A stretch of 64,000 nucleotides of DNA. It comes from Candidatus Bathyarchaeia archaeon. GTDB lineage: Archaea; Thermoproteota; Bathyarchaeia; Bathyarchaeales; Bathycorpusculaceae. The position numbers were made by a program, and so were the translations under genes. The DNA is taken from positions 64,001-128,000 of the forward strand of contig JAVZNE010000001.1 in NCBI GenBank assembly GCA_038882975.1. The letters run 5' to 3'. The notes beneath the pieces are model-generated. The model saw only the letters and a program-made list of their open reading frames with translations. It was not told where the DNA came from and ran no database searches. Positions within the stretch are counted from its first letter, which is position 1. Each line of letters starts with the position of its first letter. Positions 1 to 9,801 of this stretch are shown here, piece by piece.

Positions 1-1662
1 ATGTATTGCCTTTATAATTTTATTGCGGGTTAATAGGCAAATGCTGACCGTGCCAGCTATTAAAATGACTATTATTGCGGAGGGTTGAAGCTCTGGAATG
101 AGGTTGGGTGAAACGCGAATCAAAGTAAGAAGAGTTACTTTTATGTGGTTTTCAAGCTCGTCTGATTCCACCCAATTTAGGGTTTCCGTCGAAGTCGAAT
201 TGTCATAGGATGTGTGAATCCAGCCAGGAGTGCCCCTATACCATAAATCGCTATAGAAAAGCGGATAGGAACAAAGCATAACACTAGACGCTACTGAAAA
301 AGCATCTGAAATCCCTAAATTGACACCCCAGTAGCTTTGAATTGCATAATTGATGCTGGTGGGAACGCGGAACGATTCTTGGTCTGAACCACCAGTACTT
401 TCAAGCTCTATACTCACGCTTAAGTCTTGGGCTGCTTCAATTATTTTCTGTGCCAGTTGGCTATTCGGAGTTTCTGTGGCGTATAAGTCGTCGCTTCCAA
501 TACAGTCAAGGTTTATTACAGCCTCGATATTCGCCATTTCACTTTTATGTTCTTTAACGAAATGTGCTGAACCAACAAGGTAAAGCTCCTCGCCGGCGAA
601 AGCTACAAACAAAATTGTGTAGGCTGGTTGATAAAGTCCCTCTTGCATGGCTTGGCTAATGACTTTGGCAAGTTCTATTACGCCGGCTACTCCAGCACCG
701 TTATCGCAAAAGCCGCAGCACATAACAGTGTCGTAATGAGCTGAAACTATGACAATCTTTTGAGGGTCACTTGCGCCTTCTATTTTTCCAACAACATTGT
801 AGTGGGTGCCATTTTGGTTTATGCGTGCCTTAATCTCTACAAAGGCGGATAAACGTTGGTCAGCCGCTTCTTTCTGCCTAATCATCAAGCCATCAGCATA
901 ACTTACAAAGCCAACTGGGATTTGGAGATTCCAGAAGTATGTGCCACGTAGGCTTAATGGTAAGCCTCCAGCCGAGGAATGCATTGGCGGGGTGAAGCTC
1001 ATCCAATCATACCACCATGTAAAGATAACGGCTGTGGGATGCTGTACCGTCAATTTTTCTTTAAACCTCTGTTCCCAAAAGGAGTTCCAACGAACCTCTC
1101 TACCAATCAAAACGATTCTATCAGTAGTGTTTATAGTATTCCATAATGTTGTTGGATCTATACTGCTTGAACGTACTTCTTCATAGTTTGCCGCTGGGGG
1201 CAGAGGAAGAACTACAAGGTCTTTGAGGGAACCTAGCCACAATGGTTGGCTGTAATGTTCGCATTGAAAGGAGTTAATAATAATTCTGTCATTCACGGTC
1301 CCAGGATTCCCGTCTTCGTCTATAACCAGCAATGGTTTAGCCTCTAAAGTCCAGTTTACAAAGGTGAAGGGTTCAAGCCAAGCGTTCAAACCAAAACTTT
1401 CAAACTGTTCTTTAATCCAAACAGCCGCCTCATAGGCGCCGCTGGAACCAGACGAGCGAAAATCTGGATGAGCTAAGGAAAACTCTTCCAACGCCAAGTC
1501 ATAACTATAAGCCCGTGTGCCATTAACAAGCTCGACAATTTGGGTTTCGATGGGGTCTAAAGAGGGACTTTGAAAGCTGGTGGCATTTTTGCCGTTGAAC
1601 CATGGCACAAGTAAAGCTATAATTAAGAACAGCAAAGGGAAAACAAGAAATCGTTTATCCAT
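1..1662 (-). CDS. Secreted M28-family metallopeptidase with probable PA domain and C-terminal IPE+TM anchor (3' end runs off window; absent from ORF track)
   Basis: Manual translation from ATG 1662: MDKRFLVFPLLFLIIALLV signal peptide; M28 motifs IVSAHYD, DNGAG, FAGEE, INLDCIG, GGSD, WIHTSYD; C-terminus NLIPELQPSAIIVILIAGTVSICLLPAIKIIKAIH is still open at base 1. Confidence 0.85.
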   Translation of the reverse strand, partial: MDKRFLVFPLLFLIIALLVPWFNGKNATSFQSPSLDPIETQIVELVNGTRAYSYDLALEEFSLAHPDFRSSGSSGAYEAAVWIKEQFESFGLNAWLEPFTFVNWTLEAKPLLVIDEDGNPGTVNDRIIINSFQCEHYSQPLWLGSLKDLVVLPLPPAANYEEVRSSSIDPTTLWNTINTTDRIVLIGREVRWNSFWEQRFKEKLTVQHPTAVIFTWWYDWMSFTPPMHSSAGGLPLSLRGTYFWNLQIPVGFVSYADGLMIRQKEAADQRLSAFVEIKARINQNGTHYNVVGKIEGASDPQKIVIVSAHYDTVMCCGFCDNGAGVAGVIELAKVISQAMQEGLYQPAYTILFVAFAGEELYLVGSAHFVKEHKSEMANIEAVINLDCIGSDDLYATETPNSQLAQKIIEAAQDLSVSIELESTGGSDQESFRVPTSINYAIQSYWGVNLGISDAFSVASSVMLCSYPLFYSDLWYRGTPGWIHTSYDNSTSTETLNWVESDELENHIKVTLLTLIRVSPNLIPELQPSAIIVILIAGTVSICLLTRNKIIKAIH

Positions 1663-1724
1663 AAATGATGCCCAGAATAACTTTTAAGTTGCAGAGCAAA
1701 TAAAGTTTGTGAAAACGCCCAATT

Positions 1725-2168
1725 TCACTTCTTAATTTTCTCAACAACACGAATTTCTTCAATAACCGTTGATGGATACTGCCCCCTTTCGTCCTTTTCA
1801 TACTGTTTTACCATATCCCAAATTGTTAGGAGGCTTATGGCTGTCGCCACCAGGGCTTCCATTTCAACGCCTGTTTGGGCTTCGGTTTTAACGATAGAAG
1901 AAACCTCAACCACTGATTCGTCTAGGATTTCTATGTTCACTTTCACGTTTGTTAGGGGTAGCGGGTGGCAGAAGGGTATTAGGATGCTTGTTTCTTTTGC
2001 CGCTAGGGTTCCGGCGATTTTAGCCGTGTAAAACGGGTCGCCCTTTTCAACTTTTCCACTTTTTATCAGGTTTATGGTTTCTGGTTTTAGCCTAATCCTT
2101 CCGGTGGCTGTTGCCTCACGGTAAACTTTTGGCTTTCCGGTTATGTTAACCATCGCCACACAAATCAC
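1725..2168 (-). CDS. moaC: Cyclic pyranopterin monophosphate synthase MoaC
   Basis: MVNITGK, LIPFCHPLPL, TGVEMEAL and WDMVK motifs. Confidence 0.95.
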   Translation of the reverse strand: MICVAMVNITGKPKVYREATATGRIRLKPETINLIKSGKVEKGDPFYTAKIAGTLAAKETSILIPFCHPLPLTNVKVNIEILDESVVEVSSIVKTEAQTGVEMEALVATAISLLTIWDMVKQYEKDERGQYPSTVIEEIRVVEKIKK

Positions 2169-2204
2169 AGCTCCATTCAGAGTCTAGAAAGCCCAGCTTA
2201 TTAT

Positions 2205-2498
2205 TTAATGGTTCTGAAAGGCTTTGTCAGCTTTTTCGTTTTTCTCCCAACTTTCGATTAGGCTTTGTATAGCTCTAGCCTTTGCAGAGTTTGTGTCAAA
2301 GCGGTATAAGCGAATTCTTCCAAATCTTTTATGGCGAAGAATTCCCTCGTCTTCGAGGATTTTCAAATGCTCCATTGTTGTTTTATAGTTTGCACCTATT
2401 CTTCTGGCTACTTCTGAAACGTTCAGCTCTCCCATCAGATTAAGGATTTTCAAAATTTTTATGCGAAGCCTGTTTCCAAGAACATCTTCTATTTGCAT
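2205..2498 (-). CDS. ArsR-like winged helix-turn-helix protein
   Basis: RIKILKIL...ELNVSEVARRIG...HLKILEDEGIL...GRIRLY wHTH pattern. Confidence 0.85.
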   Translation of the reverse strand: MQIEDVLGNRLRIKILKILNLMGELNVSEVARRIGANYKTTMEHLKILEDEGILRHKRFGRIRLYRFDTNSAKARAIQSLIESWEKNEKADKAFQNH

Positions 2499-2527
2499 GT
2501 TACGTGAAAGTTTGTTGGCGTCTCTAT

Positions 2528-2905
2528 TTAAGTTTGGTCTTGATACATGTTGTCTACAACTTTAATCCATCTGGTCGCCAATATCTGGTCAAAGTCTTCG
2601 CTTTTTGGGTCTAGGTCTGAAGCCACCAAGTGCCAATGGTCGTTTATTGTGGCGAAGGTGCTGTCCAAAATTACAAATTTTGGCGTATACTTGAAGACTT
2701 CACGTCCTATTTGGGATATTATGTTTAGGGCGCGTTCATAAGCCTTGTAGGGTATGGTGTGCTGGTGCCGCTTATAGATTATCATGATTCTTTCTCTGTG
2801 CCCCTTAAGGTTCTTGGTTCGCAGAACAATGAAGGAGTCATCCTCGTAGAAGACTTTCTCCTTTCGAAGGTCTAACTCGCATAGGGGGCAGTTAGCCGTC
2901 ATCAC
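2528..2905 (-). CDS. HIT-like protein (divergent)
   Basis: N-terminal CPLC, VFYEDD, KRH and truncated triad DHWHLV. Confidence 0.6.
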   Translation of the reverse strand: MMTANCPLCELDLRKEKVFYEDDSFIVLRTKNLKGHRERIMIIYKRHQHTIPYKAYERALNIISQIGREVFKYTPKFVILDSTFATINDHWHLVASDLDPKSEDFDQILATRWIKVVDNMYQDQT

Positions 2906-2964
2906 GCATACCGCCTAGTCATCAGAATAATAAAATGTATGAAGGGGCATATGTGTTTATTGCA

Positions 2965-4158
2965 TTATCTGCCTTCAATTTCCCTTCCTAGAAGGGTTGT
3001 TAGCTCCCTTTCTAGCTCTTGCGCTGGAATTCCAGGTAGACATACAAGTGTGGTTCTTCCCCGCCGAACAGAGGATGATACGCTTTTCTTAATTATGCCT
3101 ATGGCTGAGAGCATTTGCAAGTACTTCCAAAGTTGCGTGTGGGTGTGGGGTTGCACACCAAACTCTTCGCATACAACAGCGTATGCCCGCTCCACCTCTG
3201 TTAGGGAGGCATAGGCTCTATCACTGTTTTCTTTAAAGAACCGCGCCACGCCCAGTAAGAAGAGCTTCCCGTGTAGGCTTAATGTGGCAAGGTCGCTTTT
3301 CTTTGCAGTCATGTATATGCTTGAAACAGCTTTTCTAACGCATTCAGGTGTCACCGTACCTAAGTCTTCGGCGTCAGCATATTTCCCAGCCCTCCATAGG
3401 AGTTCTATGGCGAAGCGGGCGTTTCCGCCTTCTGAACTGGCAAGCTCAGCGATGAGATTTACAGTTTCTTCTTGAACGGTTAGGGGTTTGAAGGCTAGTT
3501 GAACCCTATCGTTTATAATATCCACAAGTTGTTCTCGGCTGTAGGGTTCAAGTTGTATTATGTTGGATTGCAGCGTGCTCCTAGTGCTTAGGTCAAGTCC
3601 CTCCATAGCCTTCAAGCTTTTCAATATGCCTATGAGGGAAACCCTTTGTGGCTTGCCAAGCCTTGCCTCTTGGAGGCGTGTGAGCTTGTAAACCGGTTCT
3701 GCTCCTTCCCTATCAATTAGGCTTTCAAACTCGTCTAGTGTTAAAATGGTGTAGGCGTTCTGCTCGTCTAGAACTTGTAGGAAAATGTTTAGCAGTTCTT
3801 CCGCTGAAAAGCCACGTTTTGGAAATGTTGGGTGGAAAAATGAGACTGCGTGGTGGAGTATTAGGAATAGACTTCCACGGTATTGGCGGCAGTTTACATG
3901 AATATAGTTAAGGTTTATCCCTTTCTGCTTGGCTTGCTGGGTTATGTCTGCTCCAAACCTTTGGGAAAGGGCAGTTTTCCCGGTTCCAACATCCCCAACT
4001 ATTAAGACTCTTTGAGCCATTTTCTCTGGGGCAGTAAGTGTGAAGCTGAAAAATTCCTTGAGAAGTCGCATTTCAGCCTCTCTATGAGGGAGTCTGCTTG
4101 GAATATAGTTTATGTCAAGCTTCGCCTCGTCCTTAAACACGCTTCTGTAGGATGACAA
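2965..4158 (-). CDS. cdc6: Orc1/Cdc6 replication initiator
   Basis: YIPSRLPHRE, Walker A GDVGTGKT, HVNCR, Walker B LDEFE, GNARFAIELL, C-terminal wHTH with RGRT. Confidence 0.95.
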   Translation of the reverse strand: MSSYRSVFKDEAKLDINYIPSRLPHREAEMRLLKEFFSFTLTAPEKMAQRVLIVGDVGTGKTALSQRFGADITQQAKQKGINLNYIHVNCRQYRGSLFLILHHAVSFFHPTFPKRGFSAEELLNIFLQVLDEQNAYTILTLDEFESLIDREGAEPVYKLTRLQEARLGKPQRVSLIGILKSLKAMEGLDLSTRSTLQSNIIQLEPYSREQLVDIINDRVQLAFKPLTVQEETVNLIAELASSEGGNARFAIELLWRAGKYADAEDLGTVTPECVRKAVSSIYMTAKKSDLATLSLHGKLFLLGVARFFKENSDRAYASLTEVERAYAVVCEEFGVQPHTHTQLWKYLQMLSAIGIIKKSVSSSVRRGRTTLVCLPGIPAQELERELTTLLGREIEGR

Positions 4159-4282
4159 CCCTCAAGACCTAATGAGAAAATAGATTAAACCTCTGTTATG
4201 TTTTTTCCTTCAAAATTTGCATCTGCCTTTTGAAAACACAAAACTTTTAAGCTGATTTCCGTATTTTACAGCGAAAAGTGAA

Positions 4283-4837
4283 ATGATTCCAAAATACTTC
4301 TTTCTAACAAAGGGCGTTGGAAAACATAAGGAGCAACTTCAATCCTTCGAGTTGGCACTGCGGAACGCTGGAATTCATCACTGCAACATAGTGAACGTTT
4401 CAAGCATAATACCGCCCGGCTGCAAGCTCATCCCAAAGGAGAAGGGGTTAAAAATGCTTAGACCTGGCGAAATAACCTTTGTTGTCTTGGCTAGAAACCA
4501 AACAAACGAGCCGCATAGGCTTATTGCCGCCTCGATAGGCGTGGCAATACCATCTGGCAAGAATAATTACGGCTATTTGTCAGAGCACCACTCTTTTGGG
4601 CAGACAGATGAGGTGGCTGGAGACTATGCTGAGGATTTGGCTGCAACGATGCTGGCAACAACTATGGGAATTCCCTTTGACCCCCAGACGGCTTGGGATG
4701 AGCGGAAACAACAGTTTAGGGCAAGCGGACTCATCATTAAAACCACGAATATAACGCAGTCAGCCACAGGCGACAAAAACGGCTTATGGACAACGGTCAT
4801 TGCTGCGGCTGTCTTCGTTCCTGGAAGAAGAACCTAA
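4283..4837 (+). CDS. pdaD: Pyruvoyl-dependent arginine decarboxylase
   Basis: [22 protein letters not shown] (Ser-Ser self-cleavage site), [18 protein letters not shown]. Confidence 0.92.
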   Translation: MIPKYFFLTKGVGKHKEQLQSFELALRNAGIHHCNIVNVSSIIPPGCKLIPKEKGLKMLRPGEITFVVLARNQTNEPHRLIAASIGVAIPSGKNNYGYLSEHHSFGQTDEVAGDYAEDLAATMLATTMGIPFDPQTAWDERKQQFRASGLIIKTTNITQSATGDKNGLWTTVIAAAVFVPGRRT

Positions 4838-4916
4838 CCATCCAAACTCGCCTTTTCTTTGCCTTTCATCTAAAAGGATATTAGGCTATAGCATCTAAAA
4901 CCAACATTGCCGGTGA

Positions 4917-5609
<693 letters not shown>

Positions 5610-5621
5610 GAGAACAGCACC

Positions 5622-6503
5622 TTGAAAGTCGAAGCCGAGTGTGCGGCATGCATAATCAGCAGAGGAGCCGCTGAAATCAAGGAGGCGACAACCAATCCAG
5701 CCTTACGTTTCAGAGCCATGATGGAGCTTCTCCACATGCTAAGCAAGGAGTTTAAGCCCTCCGCAGTTCCAGCTGACCTAGGCACAAAAAGGGACCGCTT
5801 GATTAAGAGGGTTACTGGAAACAATGACCCATACAAGAGGAGCAAACGGCTATGCAATGAAAACGCCTTAAAGCTTTTGCCATATGCCAAGAAACTTGTT
5901 GAGGAAGGCTACACGTTGCAGGATAGATTTAAGAGGGCATGCCTCTGCGCCATGGTTGGCAACACCATGGAGTTTGACATTCCGGGGCATAAGTTCACAT
6001 TTAGGGGTTTAAGGAAAAGCCTAAGGGATGCAGGGAAAGACTTGGTCATCGACGATATTGGCAAAATCTATGAAGTGGCAAAAAATTCTGGAACAGTTCT
6101 CTATTTGGCGGATAATGCTGGCGAAATAGTTTTTGACACATTGGTTGTTGAGCAACTTAAAAACATGGGACTAACGGTCATTGTTGCTGTTAAGGGTGGA
6201 CCAGTCATAAACGATGCAACCTTGGAAGACGCCGAAATTTCAGGCATGACTAAAATCGCGGATAAGGTTATAACAACTGGGACGGATGCTGTTGGTTTTG
6301 CTCCAAAGGAGGTTTCAGCCGAGTTCTTGGAAGTTTACAAGTCTGTGGCCATGGTTTTTGCTAAGGGTATGGGGTACGCTGAAACGCTGACAGAGTATAA
6401 ACTTGAAAAGCCTCATGCTTTGCTTTTTAGGGCGAAGTGCGAGCCCGTGGCAAACTTTTTTGCCGTGTCAAGAGAGAAGAATGTTGCGAAGTTGATGCCG
6501 TAA
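5622..6503 (+). CDS. DUF89/ARMT1-like damage-control phosphatase
   Basis: N-terminal ECAAC, DPY, GNTMEF, ADNAGEIVFD, INDAT, AKGMGYAE. Confidence 0.88.
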   Translation: MKVEAECAACIISRGAAEIKEATTNPALRFRAMMELLHMLSKEFKPSAVPADLGTKRDRLIKRVTGNNDPYKRSKRLCNENALKLLPYAKKLVEEGYTLQDRFKRACLCAMVGNTMEFDIPGHKFTFRGLRKSLRDAGKDLVIDDIGKIYEVAKNSGTVLYLADNAGEIVFDTLVVEQLKNMGLTVIVAVKGGPVINDATLEDAEISGMTKIADKVITTGTDAVGFAPKEVSAEFLEVYKSVAMVFAKGMGYAETLTEYKLEKPHALLFRAKCEPVANFFAVSREKNVAKLMP

Positions 6504-8597
6504 ATGAAGAGGTTTACGCCATCCATAAGCCTAGACAGAAAAGCTCTCTCAGATGTTGATGCATCGCTGCAGAAAGAGTGGATTATAACAAACGGCTTGG
6601 GAAGCTACGCCTCCTCAACAGTTTTGGGAATAAACACGAGGAAATATCATGGAGTCCTTGTGGCGGCTTTTCACCCGCCGAGAAACCGAAGGGTTTGCGT
6701 GGCTAAACTGGACGAGGAGCTAAGGATTGGAAACGCCTTTTACCCAGTTTTTGCCAACGAATTTCAAGGCGGCATATACCCGAAGGGACACGAGTTTCTC
6801 CAAGAGTTCCACTTATCCCCGTCCCCAAAATTCGTGTACAATGTACAGAATGTTAGGTTTTCAAAGGCTCTTTTCATGCCATATAAGAAGAACGCCATTA
6901 TTACCGCCTACGAGTTCTTGAACGCCGACAACGTAGAAGTTGAAATTCGAATTTTCCCGCTTATAACATGTAGGCATTTCCACTCAGTTGTGGACAGGTG
7001 GCGTGACCAGCCAAAATTCACTCAAAAAACATATGGCAGAGGGGTCAAAATAAACATTGAAAAACCACAAGCCACAATAATTTTGGAAGCAACACATGGA
7101 GCTTATTCACAAGCTGAAAGGTGGGTTGAGAGAGTTTATTTCCGCGAAGAGCACAATCGTGGGGAGAGCCACCTTGACGACTGGTATCAGCCTGGATTTT
7201 TCAAAATAAAAGTTGGAAAGAAATCTTCTGAAAGGTTTGCGTTAACTGTCATGGCTGGAGAAGACGAGTCAAGCCTAGAGGAAATGGCGAATGAAATGCC
7301 AACCACAATGTATGACGTGGAAAATTTGTATAATTTTGAGCGTGAACGCCGCGAAAAACTGCTTGAAAAGTTTTATGATGAGCATAAGGGCGTGGAGGCA
7401 AAAGACTGGCTCAGCTGGCTTGTTTATGCAACAGACATGTTTATTGTTGGAGGCTTTAGAAAGGCTTGGAAGTCTGTTGTCGCCGGTTACCATTGGTTTG
7501 AGGATTGGGGAAGAGACACCTTCATAGCCTTGCCGGGGCTAATGCTTGTCACTGGAAGATTTGAAGATGCCAGACAAACCTTTCTAACGTTCAACCAGCA
7601 TTTTATTAACGGTTTAATCCCAAACTTCATCTCAGATGCCGATTCCAAACCAGTTTACAACGCCGCGGATGCAACATTATGGTTTGTAAACGCCGTCCTC
7701 CAATATTTGAAGTATACTGGCGACTTTGAATTCGTCCATGAGAACCTATGGGAAAACATGAAAACTATTGTCGAAGACTTTGAAAAGGGAAAAAGCCCAA
7801 AAATCCGTCTGGACGATGATGGGCTTATTCTTCATGGACCACAACTAACATGGATGGACACAGCCATAAACGGGCAGCCCGTAACGCCGAGGGCTGGCAA
7901 GGCTGTGGAGGTTCAAGCGTTATGGTTTAACGCTCTTAAAACGCTGGAGGTTTTAGCTAAAAAATTCAAGGAGACGGATACGGCTGAAAAATTTGCGCTG
8001 TTAGCTGAAAAAGCCAAAGGAAGCTTTAATGCAAAGTTTTGGAACCATGAGAAGGGCTGCTTGTTTGACGTTGTTGATGAGCACGGCTTAGGCGATTCTT
8101 CTATTAGACCTAACCAAATCGTTGCAGTGGCATTGGACTTCACAATGCTTGACAAAACGAGAAACAGTAAAGTGGTGGATGTTGTGCGCCGAGAACTTTT
8201 AACACCTTTTGGGTTGAGAACCCTTGCGAAAAGCGACCCGAGATATGTGGGCGTTTATCGTGGAGATAGACGAAGCAGAGACCTAGCCTACCACAACGGC
8301 ACTGTTTGGCCTTGGCTCTTAGGACCCTTTGTGAAGGCTTATTTGAAAATTGAGGGTTATGGCGAGTACACGCGAGAATACGCCTTTAGAAGTTTTCTCG
8401 CGCCACTTTTGACAACGCAGGTTTTTGTGGCTGGTCTTGGAGCCGTAAGTGAAGTTTATGATGGTGATCCGCCTCACAAGGCTGGAGGTTGCGTAGCCCA
8501 AGCTTGGAGTATAGCGGAGCCATTAAGGGCTTATGTTGAAGATGTTCTCTATTTTAGACCACTGTTTGAAAAGGAGATTATGAAAATTTTAGGGTGA
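6504..8597 (+). CDS. Glycogen debranching enzyme (amylo-alpha-1,6-glucosidase)
   Basis: EWIITNGLGSYAS, TRKYHG, AGYHWFEDWGRD, TWMD, AYHNGTVWPWL, QAWS. Confidence 0.92.
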   Translation: MKRFTPSISLDRKALSDVDASLQKEWIITNGLGSYASSTVLGINTRKYHGVLVAAFHPPRNRRVCVAKLDEELRIGNAFYPVFANEFQGGIYPKGHEFLQEFHLSPSPKFVYNVQNVRFSKALFMPYKKNAIITAYEFLNADNVEVEIRIFPLITCRHFHSVVDRWRDQPKFTQKTYGRGVKINIEKPQATIILEATHGAYSQAERWVERVYFREEHNRGESHLDDWYQPGFFKIKVGKKSSERFALTVMAGEDESSLEEMANEMPTTMYDVENLYNFERERREKLLEKFYDEHKGVEAKDWLSWLVYATDMFIVGGFRKAWKSVVAGYHWFEDWGRDTFIALPGLMLVTGRFEDARQTFLTFNQHFINGLIPNFISDADSKPVYNAADATLWFVNAVLQYLKYTGDFEFVHENLWENMKTIVEDFEKGKSPKIRLDDDGLILHGPQLTWMDTAINGQPVTPRAGKAVEVQALWFNALKTLEVLAKKFKETDTAEKFALLAEKAKGSFNAKFWNHEKGCLFDVVDEHGLGDSSIRPNQIVAVALDFTMLDKTRNSKVVDVVRRELLTPFGLRTLAKSDPRYVGVYRGDRRSRDLAYHNGTVWPWLLGPFVKAYLKIEGYGEYTREYAFRSFLAPLLTTQVFVAGLGAVSEVYDGDPPHKAGGCVAQAWSIAEPLRAYVEDVLYFRPLFEKEIMKILG

Positions 8598-9632
8598 AAT
8601 GGCTTTTTTTAGGCTTTCTGCGGCGTTTTCCGGCGAAACCGTGTTTATGTATATGCCTGTGCTTTTTTCGAATCCAGCCCATATGGCGAGTTTTGGGTAG
8701 ACCTCCACATGCCAATGATAGTGGGGGTTGGCGGCTTTTTCTATGGCTATGTGGAAGCCGAAATTGTAGGGTGGATCGTTTAAGAGGTTTTTCAGCGCGC
8801 TTAGGCATGTCTTCAAAGTTTTTGCAAAGTTTTCTTTTTCCCTCTCTGATAGCTTTAGGGGTGAAGCTTCATGCTTTTTGGGGAATATCCAAAACTCTAA
8901 TGGATTGACGCTTGCGTAGGGCGCGAAGGCTAGGAAGTCTTGGTTTTCCATTATGAACCGTGGGCTATCCCGCTCTTTCTCCATGATTTTGCAGAAGATG
9001 CAACTACGGTTTTTACGCCAGTAACGGCGGCTGGCAGCCAACTCTTCTCCGACGATTCTTGGTGTGAATGGCGTTGCTATTATCTGGCTGTGGGCATGGG
9101 AGAGCGAAGCCCCAGCCTCTAAACCGTGATTGCGGAATATGGAGACATAACGCACGTATGGTTTTGCGGAGAGCTCGCGGAGCCTATCCAAATAAGCGTT
9201 TATAACGTGGACTAGTTGGGGTAGCCGCGCATCTGAAGGATGTTCATCGTGGTTCGGCGACTCCACCAAGACTTCATGATGCCCAACAGCATCAACCAAA
9301 GCTGAATTGCAACCTTTCACAATTTTTCTTCCGCCCGATGTGTCTTGCGGCGGGCTGAAAGCTGGAAAAAGGTTTGGAAAACAGCGGATAACCCAGTTTT
9401 TATGCCTAAAACCATCTTCGTCTTTAGCCTTTTCAATTTTTCCGCCAGATTCCACGTAGACAAGCAGTGCTGGCGGGGTCATGTGCTCGTTTCCCGGGCA
9501 GAAGGGGCAAACGCTCACCTTGGCTTGAGGCTTCTCTTTTTTTGCGAAGTCTGTTGGGCGGCGTCCGCGTTCTGTGGCTATTACGACCCATCTGTCTAGA
9601 AGGTAGTCCTTGCGAAGCTCGTTGTGGGGCAA
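8589..9632 (-). CDS. galT: Galactose-1-phosphate uridylyltransferase family
   Basis: ELRKD..WVVIATERGRRP, CPFCPGNE, GASLSHAHSQ (HxHxQ), CIFC, AGFE. Confidence 0.92.
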   Translation of the reverse strand: MPHNELRKDYLLDRWVVIATERGRRPTDFAKKEKPQAKVSVCPFCPGNEHMTPPALLVYVESGGKIEKAKDEDGFRHKNWVIRCFPNLFPAFSPPQDTSGGRKIVKGCNSALVDAVGHHEVLVESPNHDEHPSDARLPQLVHVINAYLDRLRELSAKPYVRYVSIFRNHGLEAGASLSHAHSQIIATPFTPRIVGEELAASRRYWRKNRSCIFCKIMEKERDSPRFIMENQDFLAFAPYASVNPLEFWIFPKKHEASPLKLSEREKENFAKTLKTCLSALKNLLNDPPYNFGFHIAIEKAANPHYHWHVEVYPKLAIWAGFEKSTGIYINTVSPENAAESLKKAISP

Positions 9633-9703
9633 TCTTTAAACCCAATAGCCTATCGCTAGCCAAAAATTTAGCATTTTCCATAATGCTGATGGCACATGTC
9701 AGA

Positions 9704-9766
9704 ATGTCAATTTTGTTGCTGATGGCGAACTGCAAAATTGATAGCCCCCTCTACATTTTTTCGTAC
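9704..9766. repeat. Intergenic repeat unit (inverted repeat plus G-string box), sister of 21150-21209
   Basis: ATGTCAATTTTG-N15-TGCAAAATTGATAGCCCCCTCTACATTTTT versus ATGTCAATTTTG-N14-TGCAAAATTGATAGCCCCTCTAGAATTTTT at 21150. Confidence 0.8.
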
Positions 9767-9801
9767 ATCAGTGGCGTTTTTGCTCTCCTTTTTCTGCTTT
9801 T

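Noticed and set aside
4159-4282. Replication origin directly upstream of cdc6
   Set aside because: Only 124 bp of divergent promoter, with no repeated ORB-like boxes
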